The notes under the pieces: model-generated
Told to the model about the DNA's origin: nothing
The model's database searches: none
The model's input: the letters and a program-made list of their open reading frames with translations, nothing else
Source of the DNA: Orbicella franksi
Taxonomy: Eukaryota
Reading direction: 5' to 3'
Length of the DNA: 64,000 nucleotides
Assembly: GCA_964199315.1 (NCBI GenBank)
Contig: OZ116701.1
Coordinates: 15,996,001-16,060,000 of the forward strand
Translations under genes and position numbers: made by a program
Part shown: piece by piece, positions 1 through 11,931 of the stretch
How the letters are laid out: the number at the start of each line of letters is the position of its first letter
How positions within the stretch are numbered: the stretch's first letter is position 1

Positions 1-830
1 ATGGACACTGACCCAACGCCTAGAAGACTTGGACTATGCTGACGACCTTTGCTTACTAACACACCGACTAGCTGATATGAAAGAGAAAGGAGAAAGATTA
101 CAAGAGACTGGTGGGCAGGTTGGACTCAAAATCAACATCCAGAAAACAAAGGAGATGCGAATTGGCGTGAGGCAACAAGAATTGTTGGAACTCCATGGGG
201 AAGGTGTTGAAAGAGTGTCTGAGTTCACGTATTTGGGAAGCATCATTGGTGAAACTGGCGGAACTGATGAGGACATAACAGCCGGGATCAGGAAAGCGCA
301 ATCGACATTCTCAATGCTTATGCCTTTGTGGAAGGAAAAATGTATCAGATTGCAAACGAAGCTCAGGATTTTCAATACAAACGTGAAGTCTGCCCTTCTG
401 TACGGTTCGGAAACATGGAGATCGACGAAACTACTGACCAAGAAATTGCAAACCTTTATCAACAAGTGTTTAAGGAAGATCCTGAACATCCGCTGGCCAG
501 AGGTCATTTCAAATGAAGAACTATGGGAAAGGTCACAACAAATACGTATAGAAGAAAGCATTAGGAGAAGAAAATAGAAATGGATCGGGCATATGCTACG
601 GAAGCCTGAGAATAATATCACCCGTTGCGCTCTCGAGTGGAACCTTCAGGGGTCTAGAAGAAGAGGTCGCCCAAAGCAATCCTGGAGGCGAATTGTAATA
701 GCTGAGCTCACCAAGAATAAGCTCACGTGGATAGAGGCAAAGCGAACTGCCAGTAATAGAGTTAGGTGGAGATCCATGGTTGACGCCCTATGCTCCCCTT
801 TGGGAGCGAAGATGGCCTAATGTAATGTAA
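1..830 (+). mobile_element. 3' fragment of an RTE-clade non-LTR retrotransposon (C-terminal part of RT), inactivated
   Basis: Translation gives DYADDL...GLKINIQKTKEM...FTYLGS...KLRIFNTNVKSALLYGSETW...RRRK*KWIGH...GRPKQSW, typical of RTE RT. There is an in-frame TAG at 575-577 where W is expected, a 3' hairpin GCTCCC-CTTT-GGGAGC (792-807) and a (TAATG)n tail at 818-830. Confidence 0.9.
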
Positions 831-1140
831 AATCACAACGGCGGTCTTGACGCATTCGTTTAGAGTTTGATACGTCCAGTGTTTAACCAAGAGACTAACT
901 CTGAATTTGATTGAATTCATGGAATCGAAAGTTTGACGATCATTCGGTTCTCTTGCAGTGAAAAATGTAGTGAAAAATAAGCAAACTTCCCTCTCAATCA
1001 ACATCTCAAACACATAAAAGTTCAGATAGAAATGAAGCACCAGGATCTCTGACAAATAACTTGCTTAACTCTCAAAATAACCTCTGTAAGGCAGCGCAAC
1101 TTTCACATCCATAGATAGTGTTGACAAAATGATGTCAAAG

Positions 1141-1242
1141 ACCCACCCTCTGTGCGGATTTGATTTATATACTCAGGCACGTGACCAGCCGCAACCAGGG
1201 TACTTTCTTGAGGTAGAGAGAGGACCCTGGGAACGAGGTTGT
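1141..1242 (-). mobile_element. Fragment of a short interspersed non-autonomous element (CAACCTCGTTCCCAGG-type terminus)
   Basis: Ends in ACCCTGGGAACGAGGTTG, a terminus I recognise as a common anthozoan repeat. Only one end is seen. Confidence 0.45.
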
Positions 1243-1280
1243 TTTTGAGGGAGAAGCATTTACATAAAGTGAGCAGCGAG

Positions 1281-1491
1281 AACACGATGACGTCGCCAGC
1301 CATCTTTCGTCACTGTCAAGTGGCCCGCGATTAACGTGAGACGCACGTGACCTCCACACTTAACAAAAAACATAAACTTCACATAAACGCTACTTTTTAG
1401 TTAAGTGTTTTCTCCTGGAGTTCACGTGCGTCTCGCGTTGATCGCGGGCCACTTAACAGTGACGAAAGATTGTTTGTGACGTCATCGTGTT
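1281..1491. repeat. ~75-bp imperfect inverted repeat (arms 1281-1355 and 1417-1491)
   Basis: AACACGATGACGTC...CACGTGACCTCC is the reverse complement of GGAGTTCACGTG...GACGTCATCGTGTT with a few mismatches. Only the right arm is present in the paralogous copy near 19650. Confidence 0.8.
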
Positions 1492-2714
1492 TTGGCTGCC
1501 CACTTTATGTAAATGGTACTCCCTCAAAAAGGCGTCTATCATGCGCTCCTCACTACCATAATGTTTGTAGAAAACTGTTCAATTTTATTTATGAGCGGAA
1601 TGGATTGGTATGACTTCAATATGGATTGTGAAGATAAAAGCCAACCAAAAACAATCCAAAATAGAAAGGCAGGCGGTTCCATGAAAGGTGGCGTAACTTG
1701 TTTTTAGGTTAGGTCAAAATCGGCAACTGATGAAGTGCAATTTACTGCCAATAACAATTTGTCTCTAGGTATTGTTGTCAAGGAAAAGCTTGAGAAAGCA
1801 ACCATGGCAAAACATTGGCTCCGGATATTGAAATTATACCAGGATATATTATGCTCTACTTATTACTAAACTTCGACTAGTTAAATTTAGTTAAATGTCT
1901 ACAACCACATCTCATAGCCGTTAACCCGCAATACTATTATTGTACAATAATATACATGGACTATTATTGTAATCACACTCAAACCAACTTCTTACGCCCA
2001 ACCTTTGAGTTTTGCCGTGATAACTTAAATTTCATGGAACACCTCTACTGTAGAAGCACACTACAATTCATTTCGCAAAGCTCTACCTCTTTTATGGGTT
2101 AACAAGATTCACAGGAGGACTCAAACAAAACAACAAGCAAGCAAACAGTACGCAAGAAATCAAGCATTTATGTATTACAAGTACTGAGAATATTCTGGGG
2201 GTGTATGTTGTTGTTGTGTGTTTTTTCCACTAACGAAGTCCATTGTATCATTACTGCGTGGAACGGGTTAAAAAGTTACTGATGTTTCTGTAACCTATAC
2301 CTTCCCTTAAAAATTTGAATGGCCCATTGTTCTTCATTTTTTCCCCTAATGAAAATGCAATATTTCAGTGATTGGGTTAAGCTCGTACCCGAGCTCGTAA
2401 TGGGTATTGAAAAGTAAGCAAACAGTTTACTGCTTTACTTTGGCGTAATTTTAACTCTCATTTGTACCTTTCGATCAAGCTGAACGATTTCTTGTTGCAC
2501 GTCAATTAGTTTTTCGTTTATACTTGCGTTCACTGCAGGCAAAATGGCTGATAGACTGTCGATCCTTTCGGACGAAGTCTGTATTGCCAGCCATAGCTCT
2601 GTAGCATTCTTTTCCTAAGACAAAAAGAAAAAGAAACACATTACCTTCTAACACCATAACACCTTAAGCTTCTACTCGGTTTTAGCACTACTGCCGATCC
2701 CGGATGTAAGTCCC

Positions 2715-2804
2715 GCCCCCCCCCAACGCCCCCCCCCAACGCCCCCCCCCAACGCCCCCCCCCAACGCCCCCCCCCAACGCCCCCCCCCAACGCCCCCCC
2801 CAAC
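2715..2804. repeat. 13-bp minisatellite (GCCCCCCCCCAAC) x7
   Basis: Read directly; the last unit has 8 C. The paralogous position (20633-20650) has only a C18 run. Confidence 0.9.
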
Positions 2805-2891
2805 GCCCTCCCCTCCCTGCTGCCCACCGTTCCGACGAAAACCTAAAGCTTGTCGTAATTTCGCAGCATATTTTGAAATAACTAGTGAGTA

Positions 2892-3362
2892 CAGTGAAAC
2901 CTCTATTAAGCGAACCCCCAGTTAAGAGGACACTTACTTGGTCCCGAAATTAACGTGTTATATTTCCCTCTATTACGAACCCCTGTTCAGCGGACACCTC
3001 TATTAAGCGGACGCGGACACTAAAATAAATTGTATTTGGCGAATTTCTACTGTTGAAACCATTATTAAGCGGAAACCGTACTGAATTGACAATGTGGCAT
3101 TAGATTACGTCCTTGAAATAGTCGATTAAATATACCCGTTTTATCGTTGCTGTTTGGAAAGGGCATTATTACAAACAAATTAAAGTTGGTAATGAAAGCT
3201 GATGAACTTGAACTCTGGATAGCTTTGTAAACAACCTGGAACTTAATTAAAGTACAGGGGGACCGTTGAATGTTAATTGCTAACAAACATTGCGCAATTG
3301 TTATAAACCTTTATTAAGCGGACACCCTCTATTAAGCGGACACTTGGGAAGAGGTTTCATTG
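2892..3362. mobile_element. Tc1/mariner-like MITE (CAGTGAAACCTC termini)
   Basis: TA-CAGTGAAACCTC at the left and GAGGTTTCATTG at the right, with internal repeats of CTCTATTAAGCGGAC. A paralogous copy lies at 20726-21307. Confidence 0.65.
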
Positions 3363-4169
3363 TTTTTTAAAAGTGAGCCTCGCCACAGATCATAACTATC
3401 AATACCTACCTGATTTGTGTCTGAAGATGAATTGGATTTATTGCAATTTGCAGAAGAAATATTTCCTTCAATTTTGTTCATCTGAAATAAACCATGTCTT
3501 TTTAGTTTTTCCAAGAATTATACATAGGATATAAAAACGTAAAAAAAAGCTAAATTTAAGTAATGATACTTATGTATGCTGTAAAAATACTGTGAAAACA
3601 CGTTTTGCAAATTAAATGAAACGGTGAAAGGAAAGTCAATCTTTGATTTGCTCTACTGAAATCCGATCCAAGCTTTTGGGAAGATTTGACGAGTGAGCAG
3701 ACTCTTCATGTTAAATTTTGGAACGATGTGGATCAACCCCAGCCTCTGTCATGTTTGTGGCAAAAACAAAAAGCTTTTTTTTCTGTTTAATCATGGTTTA
3801 CGTACGCAGCACACTATGCAGATGGAAGTGTCACATCTTACTAATATACTTACTCTGATTCTGAGATTCTCCAGCTCTGCTAACACCTGCAAGAAATGAG
3901 AAATTATAATAATAATAAAATTAAAAAAAGACCAACGATTAAGTGTGACAAAAATAAATAAGCTGTTACTTTTTCCACTGGACCAAAATTATTTGAATAT
4001 ACACAGCGATCATTAAATTCCTCTTAACCTCAGCTTTTTAGCAAAGATTATGATCAATTTTTGTGTTATTTTTAATTATTTCCTGTATTAAGTGGTGCCA
4101 ATCATCTGCCAGCAGCTTAACCGAACGGTTATTTAACTGTCGAACAAAATCAAATCTTGTTGTTTTTAA

Positions 4170-4275
4170 CCCTAACCCTAATCCTAACTCGGTCTTTAAC
4201 CGCATGTAAGCATAGATAAATAAATCACAATCATCGATTATCTAACTCTAGCCCTAACCCTAACCCTAACCCTAA
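4170..4275 (+). repeat. Interstitial telomere-like (CCCTAA)n patches
   Basis: CCCTAACCCTAATCCTAA near 4170 and (CCCTAA)4 at 4252-4275. Both are absent from the paralogous sequence near 22080-22165. Confidence 0.75.
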
Positions 4276-5750
4276 GAGATCAAATTTTCCCGTAAAGCTA
4301 TGCTTCACCCTGTAAGAGAAAAGACGTATTTGCCAATATCATCCTACCAAAGATTGGATGTCCTTGATTTCCCTCAGTTCGGATGCCAGGTCTGAATTGT
4401 TTTCTTTCATTACCTTCAGCTCGGACGCCAGGTTTGCCCCTAAGACTTATAAAAGAAGCGAAGAAAATTTTGAACATTAAAAGAAGTAAGCATAGAAATA
4501 AGCAAATGGGTGAACAAACAGATAGATAGCGAAAATTATCGTGTGAACGTGATATTGGCTATGTTGTGTGGCGGATCTGGCAGAATATAGAACCTATGAG
4601 CCAAACATGTATATTCCTCCCCCATTATTTCAAGAAAATAATGACAGTTCTTTACTATCATTAGGTAAGTAGTATAGTTTGAATTTTCTTTTTTCTGGAT
4701 GTATATTCCACATGTCATACACCGTACTGTAAGATCTCGCTTTTAGCATTTTTATATTACTTCTGTTTCGTTCAAATTAAAATTCATCTTTTTCTGAATT
4801 TAATTTTTTGTGTGTGTGTGTATCTTTTCCCAGGAACTATCATCTGCTAAAAGAGATTACACAAAACTTCGACCTATTTTAAATTACTAATGTAATTTTG
4901 ACATCGATTCGATCTGATTAAAGGAAGACTGGTTCAAGATGCTTGGTATGGTCCAGAAAAAAACTATCAAGACATTTTTATAAAATATAATTTACTTTTT
5001 TCTTATCGGCATTTTCTTCACGTCAACGTGGTGACTGCTAAAGCTCATTAATTGATGCAAGAAAAAGGCTGTCTTCAGTGTTCCTCAATTTTAATTACCT
5101 ACGGAGCATGTCACTCATCTTGACCATTATTAATAAAGGGAAATGGTTATAAAACCTGGAGAAGTTCTTCGTTGCATGTTTCTTTTTAGCTATTTTAGGG
5201 GTTGCTCCTGAACTAAAACTGGTAAAATACAAAAGGTGAGTATGTATGCTCAGTCAACTAACCAATAGAAGCGTTACGAATTTTTGTCTACAACCATAAA
5301 ACAAAAGATGTGCAGGGTCAGGGTCAGGTACCTTCCAACATAAATCTTAGCCTAATAAGAAATAACACGCAAACTGCGGCACATGCGGTTTATTGCCATG
5401 TTTATCACCGCAGTTTGCGTGTTATTTCTTATTAAGCTGCGATGGCCAAAGAAAAAGAGTATTTACGACAATCTTAGCCTGTTTGTTTTCTTCTTTGATG
5501 TTTACCAGGCTTCTTAATCATTCCCTCTATTTACTATGTCTCGAGATTTGATACTTTAGCGCAATTTGGTTTGCAAATATGAAACCTCCCCCATAGCCTG
5601 CGTAAAGCGTTCCCTAGAATTGTCTTAATATTGCGACTAAATTATTTTAATCACAGCGGTTAGGAGTGAGTTGGCCGATCATCAAGTAAAATTTGCATAA
5701 ATAAGATATGTTGGTTAATGCATTTTCTCAGTATTCGTGATTTCACTCAC

Positions 5751-6081
5751 CATACATATTAGTTGAATCTTTTGAAGCAGTTGAGTTGTTTCGAGACAGC
5801 ATCATTGTTAAAGCTAAAACCAAAGTGGCAACAGCAGTCAGGAGAGCATCAGCAACGACAGCGGCTGCAACCAACAGCATTGGACGGAATGCCACTGTAT
5901 CCCTTTCTTTGAGTGGTTGTCCTTTCTTCTTTGCCTCCAGCGCAGACGTCTCAATGCTCGCTCGTTTTGTCGCCGGGATTTTGCTTTTGCTATTTCCTTC
6001 ATCGTAGGTTCTGGCCTCAGTTCCCTTTTTGGATTCCATCTCGAAATAAATGTTGTCTGTTCCGACTTCTACCTTATCCAT
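5751..6081 (-). CDS. G1 exon 1 (type A): cytoplasmic tail and TM helix of a type II transmembrane collagen-like protein
   Basis: MDKVEVGTDNIYFEMESKK...RPMLLVAAAVVADALLTAVATLVLALTMMLSRNNSTASKDSTNMY-G. Phase-1 donor G|GTGAGT; 331 nt; paralogous to 28788-28458 and 46528-46195. No downstream exons were found in the window. Confidence 0.8.
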
Positions 6082-6184
6082 CGTTGAATGGTACGGGATG
6101 TTCCTCCGCTTCGACGGTAATGGTGTAACTAAATCTCCAAACCTATGTCCCAAAAGCAAAGTATCCCCGAAAATTTTTAATTCC

Positions 6185-6277
6185 GTCATGTGACGAGCCT
6201 CTGTGACATTTGTCTTTAGTATTTGCATTCCAGATCGGAACAAGTAGAAACGCGTTACTTTTAGGAATTTCCCCGAA
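6185..6277. promoter_or_regulatory. Candidate M-box (GTCATGTGAC 6185-6194) and overlapping kappaB/GAS site (GGAATTTCCC 6264-6273; TTCCCCGAA 6269-6277)
   Basis: Exact consensus matches 104-190 bp upstream of the G1 ATG. Function is inferred only. Confidence 0.4.
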
Positions 6278-7213
6278 GCAATTGTCTGGAGACAATCATC
6301 AAAGACGTTTTGTAGCAAACAAAGATTATATGAATTCCAGTTCGAAACCAGACGGTCATTAGTCCCATAGAACTTCTTTTTTTAAATTTTAGTTCACCTG
6401 TTATTCGAATGACATGCGCTGATAGCCGTTCACTCTATATGCCAGCATAGTGTACATCAATCAACTCAGCGGCCTTCACATCTTCAACGTTTTGATTGGT
6501 CTCCTGGCGTAGGATATTTATCACTGTCGGCACAGTTTCTCAGCCAAGAGATTAATAGAAACCGGAATCCTTGTGAAAGCTTTCTGAGATAAATTCATTA
6601 AGAGAAAAAGTCTAATAAAAGTTGTAAATTATGGGCGTTCTTGTGTTTCAGAGGCAAAGTCGTTTTTCAGTTTCCGTGGCCCGGGGGCGCGGGGTACGCA
6701 GCTACGTTTGGCTCGTTCATTTGGACTGCTAAAGTACTTCTTAGTCCGTTAACGTAAATATTGCTATTTATCAACTGCCAATCAGAAAATTGCTCGTATC
6801 ATCCATTTTGCCTTATATATATATATTTTTTGGTGATTGTTACTGATACCTACAACATACAAGTCATTTTGCTTCGCTTTACTTGAATATAGTAACACGG
6901 ACTCCGCTATTGTATGCTGAATCTATTATCTCAAACCTCTTGTTAACTTCAGCAATGTGTGAGGTCCTAGCTTGACTTAAATTGACACCCGTATCTTGAA
7001 TCCTGTTTGAATCTATGATTACCACTGGCAACAGGAAACAGTGAATTGAAACCTAGTTATTTTGAACATTGTAACCACGCAAAGTGATAGCTAATAACGT
7101 CCAGGTAATTGGTAACATTACTTTCCTTGATGCCTTAAGAAGCCTTCAGTCTGGTCGATATTATTTTCCGGCTGCCCATCTAGAAATTTACCAATTTTCA
7201 ACAAACCTATTTT

Positions 7214-8262
7214 TAGTTCGTATAGTGTGATCTTCCGGGTGAGTGTAGTTCTGAAAAGAACTGTTGTTAGTGACTGACGTTTCGACAACCTGAGCGGGAG
7301 TCATCTGTTTGTGACACACCGGACAGCTTACGTGACGAAAACAGATACCTTGAACGTGTTTTCCACAAAAACAACTACAACGCTGACTTTATTAGACGAA
7401 ACATTTACCGACCTGCTGAAGCTGACGCTACAAACAGGAACCCTACACCTGTTACTACCGTGACTATACCTTACATTAAGGGCACTTCTGAGACCATCTC
7501 ACGGATCCTACAGCCCTACAACATTCGTGTAGCCCACAAACCTACAACTACGTTACCACACTTACTGACCAACGTGAAAGACAGAGACGAACCTAACGAC
7601 AGACAGGGAGCAGTTTACAAGATCAAATGCTCCGACTGCCAGGCTTCCTACATTGGTGAGACTGGCAGAAACCTTAACACGAGACTGACTGAACACAAAC
7701 GAGCCACAAGAAATGGTGATGCCGACAATCACATTGCTGTACATCATCAGTTGACAAACCACAGCATTGACTGGGACTCTGCTCAGTACTTAACCTACAG
7801 TACAAACTATTTTCAACGACTGACTCTGGAAAGGTGGTACACTAACCTAGAACGAACGCCTCTTAACAGATGTCAACAACTACCGGCGCCTTACAAACGG
7901 CTTATCCATGACAGAAACGAAACCGACAAATGGACTTCTAACAGACCGACTTAACAATACACGGACCAAAAACTGACCTGTTTGACTAACAATAGACGGA
8001 TCGAAACCCACCAATGACTGATGACAAACTTTACACGAGTCTTCCAGCCAATACCATCATGGCTATACTGACCAATCACGTTCAACGGAACAGACTTATA
8101 ACATCATCGACTGACAAACACCATTCACTTGACTCTGAAGATGACTTCCACTCAGGTTGTCGAAACGTCAGTCACCAACAACAGTTCTTTTCAGAACTAC
8201 ACTCACCCGGACGATCACACTATACGAACTACTGATACTCCTGGGTTCAAACCATTTACTGT
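7214..8262 (+). mobile_element. 5'-truncated Penelope-like element (Penelope/Poseidon-type) with inverted pLTR fragment
   Basis: ORF remnant 7310-7954 carries the GIY-YIG motif GAVYKIKCSDCQASYIGETGRNLNTRLTEHKR. 7214-7306 is an inverted copy of ~8139-8231. Confidence 0.88.
8131..8173 (+). ncRNA. Minimal type I hammerhead ribozyme motif in the PLE pLTR
   Basis: GACT-CTGAAGA-TGAC-loop-GTC-GAAA-CGTC-AGTC: conserved core, stem I GACT/AGTC and a palindromic ACGT stem III. Confidence 0.75.
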
Positions 8263-8918
8263 GAAACCTATTTTTAATTTATCAGGAGTAGAACTAAAGG
8301 AATAAAAATAGAAAATTTTATATCCGCCAGTAGCCTCTCTTAGATTCTTTATGGGCGAACGGCAAAGCAAGCAAACCTGCCGCAGACGAATTAAAAACCC
8401 AAACTTGTTGTTTGTTTCTGGTTTACTAAAAACCATTAACGTTATTCTCTCTAAGTACACAATAATTTTAAGATATTTTTCGATTAAGGAACATTTTCGT
8501 CTATTTTGTGTGAAATGGAGCTACTGTGATAAAGAATGACGCGTTTTCATCAGGTTTCATTATCTTTCTTGATATTTCTTTTAATCTCGCTCTGATTTTA
8601 ATTTGACATTGCAAAAATTCTCGATATCAGAGCACTTCAATCTGGCAAAATTAGATGATACGTTTTATGTGTAGATGCAAACTTTTATACATTTTTGGCC
8701 GTGTGACAATTTTTTTAGTGAAGTTTTACCTTTTAGGTCTTTTGTATTTTTTACTTATGTACTCTAATAACAGGTCCTCCTTTAATACCAGTGTTTATTA
8801 CATACACTGACGGGGTTTATCCTGTATAAATGTTATTATTGTTATAATTATAATTATTATTATTATAATTATTATCTCACTGCAACATAGAGAATTTACT
8901 ATATTTATAGCGCAACTA

Positions 8919-9060
8919 CAGTCGAACCCCTATTAAGCGACCACCCTTATCAGGCGGCCAGCAATCAAAGTCCCAATGATGGCTTTTCTATTGTTGCTAC
9001 CTCTATTAAGCGGCCACAGTCCATTTACCCGAGGATGGCCGTTTGGTAGGGGTTCGACTG
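8919..9060. mobile_element. Tc1/mariner (pogo-like) MITE, 142 bp
   Basis: TA-CAGTCGAACCCCTA...TAGGGGTTCGACTG-TA: perfect 14-bp TIR and TA TSD. Confidence 0.85.
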
Positions 9061-9069
9061 TATCTATAA

Positions 9070-9477
9070 AGCCTGGTCTTCACTAACGACGCAAGCATAA
9101 GCATAAGCATAAGCATAAAAGAAGCTGATGCGCTAGTGAGGACAGCCACGACATAAGGATAAGCATAAGCATACTGGTAAAAATATCAAAACCTTGAGTT
9201 CCTGTTATGCTTATGCTTATACTCATGCTTATGTCGCTATAGTGTCCAGTGAGGACATGTTGGCATAAGCATAAGCATAAACATTAGCGTAAGACTATCA
9301 GCCAATCCGCGAGCACTTTATGCTTATGCCAACATGTCCTCACTGAGCATAAGCATAAGCATAAGCACAAGAAGAAAGCTTATGCTTATGCTTAAGTCGA
9401 GGCTGTCCTCACTAGCGCACGAGCTTCTTACTGCTGATGTTTATGGTTATGCTTACGTCGCAAGTGGGGACCGGCCT
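9070..9477. mobile_element. PIF/Harbinger-like MITE with internal (GCATAA)n/(TTATGC)n arrays
   Basis: TAA on both flanks, imperfect ~30-bp TIRs (AGCCTGGTCTTCACT / AGTGGGGACCGGCCT) and internal palindromic sub-repeats. Confidence 0.65.
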
Positions 9478-9706
9478 TAAAGTGCGGATTTACAGCCTAG
9501 CCGATCGTACCTCAATGTTTCCAAGGTCATCGTTTCTGTGCAAGTATTGAGACCAATTTTCAAGAGTGCGTGAAGTACACTCTCTTTTTGTCGCGAGAAC
9601 GTCCATCTTTGCTCTCGGGGTCTGAGCATTCTACGGTTTCAGATGGCTTGAGCCTGAAATTTTAAAAACAAGGTCACGGTCGACAATAAAAATAAACGGT
9701 AAAAGT

Positions 9707-9745
9707 TTGCGACGTTTCGACCGCTCTTCGGTCATTATCAAGCAA
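9707..9745 (-). ncRNA. Hammerhead ribozyme motif, U3-A8 variant
   Basis: Reverse complement of the motif at 10460-10498. Confidence 0.65.
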
Positions 9746-10459
9746 GATGTAAGAAGTAAAATTTGCATAGATATGTATAGCTACAAAGAGGTAAGAATGT
9801 GTAAAAAATTATTAATGAAGTAAAAATATGTAAAAAGTATGTAAAAGAATTTACAAAGTAGTGCTTAAAACAATAAAAACAAGTAAAACTAATTAATAAT
9901 AAAAAAAAAAGATTATTTAAAAACTTTCGCACGAATAGAGTCAGATTGTACATTGAGACTTGGTCTCAGTTCATGAATAGAAAACATTTCAAAAATAAGA
10001 CAGTCAAACTTGGTTGTACATTTCTTTAAAATCGAAAAGTTATTAGTAAGATCTTTAGGGGCCAAAGAATGTTCCTCGCGAAAATGTTTTCCAATTGATG
10101 ACGATGGGTTTTTGTGCTCATCGACGCGTTGGTGCAAGTGCCGGCGCGTAAAACCAACATAACCTGCATCGCACAGGTCACATTTAAAATGGTACACAAG
10201 GGACTGTTGATTAACGACTGGCGGCTTGACTTCACGTGATTTCAGGTCTCGCTCAATCTTGTGGCTGATGAAAACAGGTTGGATGGTGGTGTTTTTTTAA
10301 TTTTTTTATTAATTAGTTTTACATGTTTTTATTGTTTTAAGCACTACTTCGTAAATTCTTTTACGTACTTTTTACATATTTTTACTTCACTAATAATTTT
10401 TCACACATTCTTACCTCTTTGTAGCTGTATATATCTATGCAAATTTTACTTCTTACATC

Positions 10460-10498
10460 TTGCTTGATAATGACCGAAGAGCGGTCGAAACGTCGCAA
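10460..10498 (+). ncRNA. Hammerhead ribozyme motif, U3-A8 variant
   Basis: TTGC-TTGATAA-TGACC-GAAGAGC-GGTC-GAAA-CGTC-GCAA: core UUGAUAA replaces CUGAUGA. Confidence 0.65.
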
Positions 10499-11590
10499 AC
10501 TTTTACCGTTTATTTTTATTGTCAAATGTTTTAAAAAACCCTTACTGATAAAGGTCACGGTCTTGTGGTAAATTACTCTTCGACGCGTTCAAACGGTGCT
10601 TGTATACTTCCATGTCACTATCAGGTGATGACAATGTTGGTTCCTGGTTTGCCATTTCCAAAACGTACCGGAAAAAGGTTTCAATTTCTCAAATTTTAGC
10701 GCTGGGTTTGTTTTAGTATGTTCTTAAAAACAATCCAACGTCTGTGAGATTCAAAGTTGCTAGAAAATGAGCTCTTACGAAAAGGAGTAAGAAGTTTACA
10801 TACAGATTGCATTTTGTATTATTCATATTTTAGTGTAGATATTTTAGTCTTACCAGTTTTGTATTTTGTATTAGTCCGTGTTCCCTTATTAGTATGGGTG
10901 TCTCTCAGGCTACGTGGTTTGACACCTTAATAAAGTGCTGCTGGAACAGGGCATGCGAAGTACATGGGGAGTCTTTACCGGCTGCGTTATTGTTTACATT
11001 TTGCATTATTATAGTACGACTTACACAGAAAATGTATCACGTTAGATACAAACATCAAAAAAGATTTCGAAAAGTAGTAATTTAAGATATCTTCTAGCTG
11101 TTTGGATATAACTTTTGTAAAATGATGAACACATGCATTCTTCTTGGATAGTTAATGTTGCCATGCCATTCAATATTCAGAGCAAGTTTTGTTTCTAGTT
11201 TGATAAGAATCTTAAGGCTTATGTTGAAAATATTGTAAACAATGATTCGCCGTTGAGGGAGAAAATATAGACGCAATTTAATCATAGGAAACACGCAAAT
11301 GTAAGGTCAAACTGGTTTTGATGTGTTTCCTGTGGACTTTGTGTTGCGATGACGTCTGCGTTATTGCAATTTTTGCAGAATCACTTCCCGGCCACGTGCT
11401 GTACCTCAATGTCTTTCAAGGTCATAATTTCTGTCCAAGTATACAGATCAATTTTCAAGAAAAGGAAAGGTGTGTACACTTAACCTGGGATCAGAAATCT
11501 CTGCTAGCTATTTGGGTGATCATTGCAGTAGTTTTAAATTGCTTAAAGCGTCCGTGTTTGCTGCCCTTTGTCCTTCGTGTACTACATTTA

Positions 11591-11781
11591 GGCCCCGTCC
11601 CCGCATCCGGTTATTTTTGAATCCTCAGCCTTTTATTTCCCGATACGCCTTCCCTCCACATGCATCCGGCGAATTCGGAAGCGAATCCGGATAGTTTTGC
11701 TACGTGTGGACGGGGAAATTTTGGAATCCAGAAAGAAAAAGTTGCGTATTCAAAAATATCCGCATACGTGTGGATGGGGCC
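11591..11781. mobile_element. PIF/Harbinger-like MITE
   Basis: TTA-GGCCCCGTCC...GGATGGGGCC-TTA: TIR plus 3-bp TTA TSD. Confidence 0.75.
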
Positions 11782-11931
11782 TTAAAAGGTTTAGTGCCAT
11801 ATTTTCTTAATTAATCTTAACTTTGGAGTCATATCTCTCGATGTGGTTTCTTTTGTTTCATGCCCCTGAGTCGCGGAATCAAATCAAGCAATAAGACAAA
11901 TAAGCTAGAACAGTCAACAATCATTTATTAA

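Larger units (their letters stand above)
1363..6830. repeat. Segmental duplication alpha, copy 1
   Basis: Colinear similarity with ~19585-22480, ~25600-26025 and ~27830-29530; 5116-6630 also matches 45706-47046. Boundaries are approximate. Confidence 0.9.
9682..10523 (-). mobile_element. 5'-truncated Penelope-like element (Neptune-type) with inverted pLTR
   Basis: ORF 10197-9913 reads YHFKCDLCDAGYVGFTRRHLHQRVDEHK...PSLNVQ (GIY-YIG). ~9682-9910 and ~10290-10523 are near-identical inverted copies. Confidence 0.85.

Noticed and set aside
4252-4275. True telomere or chromosome end
   Set aside because: Only four units, embedded in duplicated intronic sequence.
6082-6318. N-terminal extension of the G1 ORF (191-aa call)
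   Set aside because: The frame is closed by stops in the G2 paralog (ATG ACG GAG TAA); the MDK/MNK start is the one shared by all five copies.
9085-9455. CRISPR-like arrays (also 62030-62200 and 63150-63330)
   Set aside because: Eukaryotic context, no unique spacers and no cas genes; these are subterminal repeats of MITEs.
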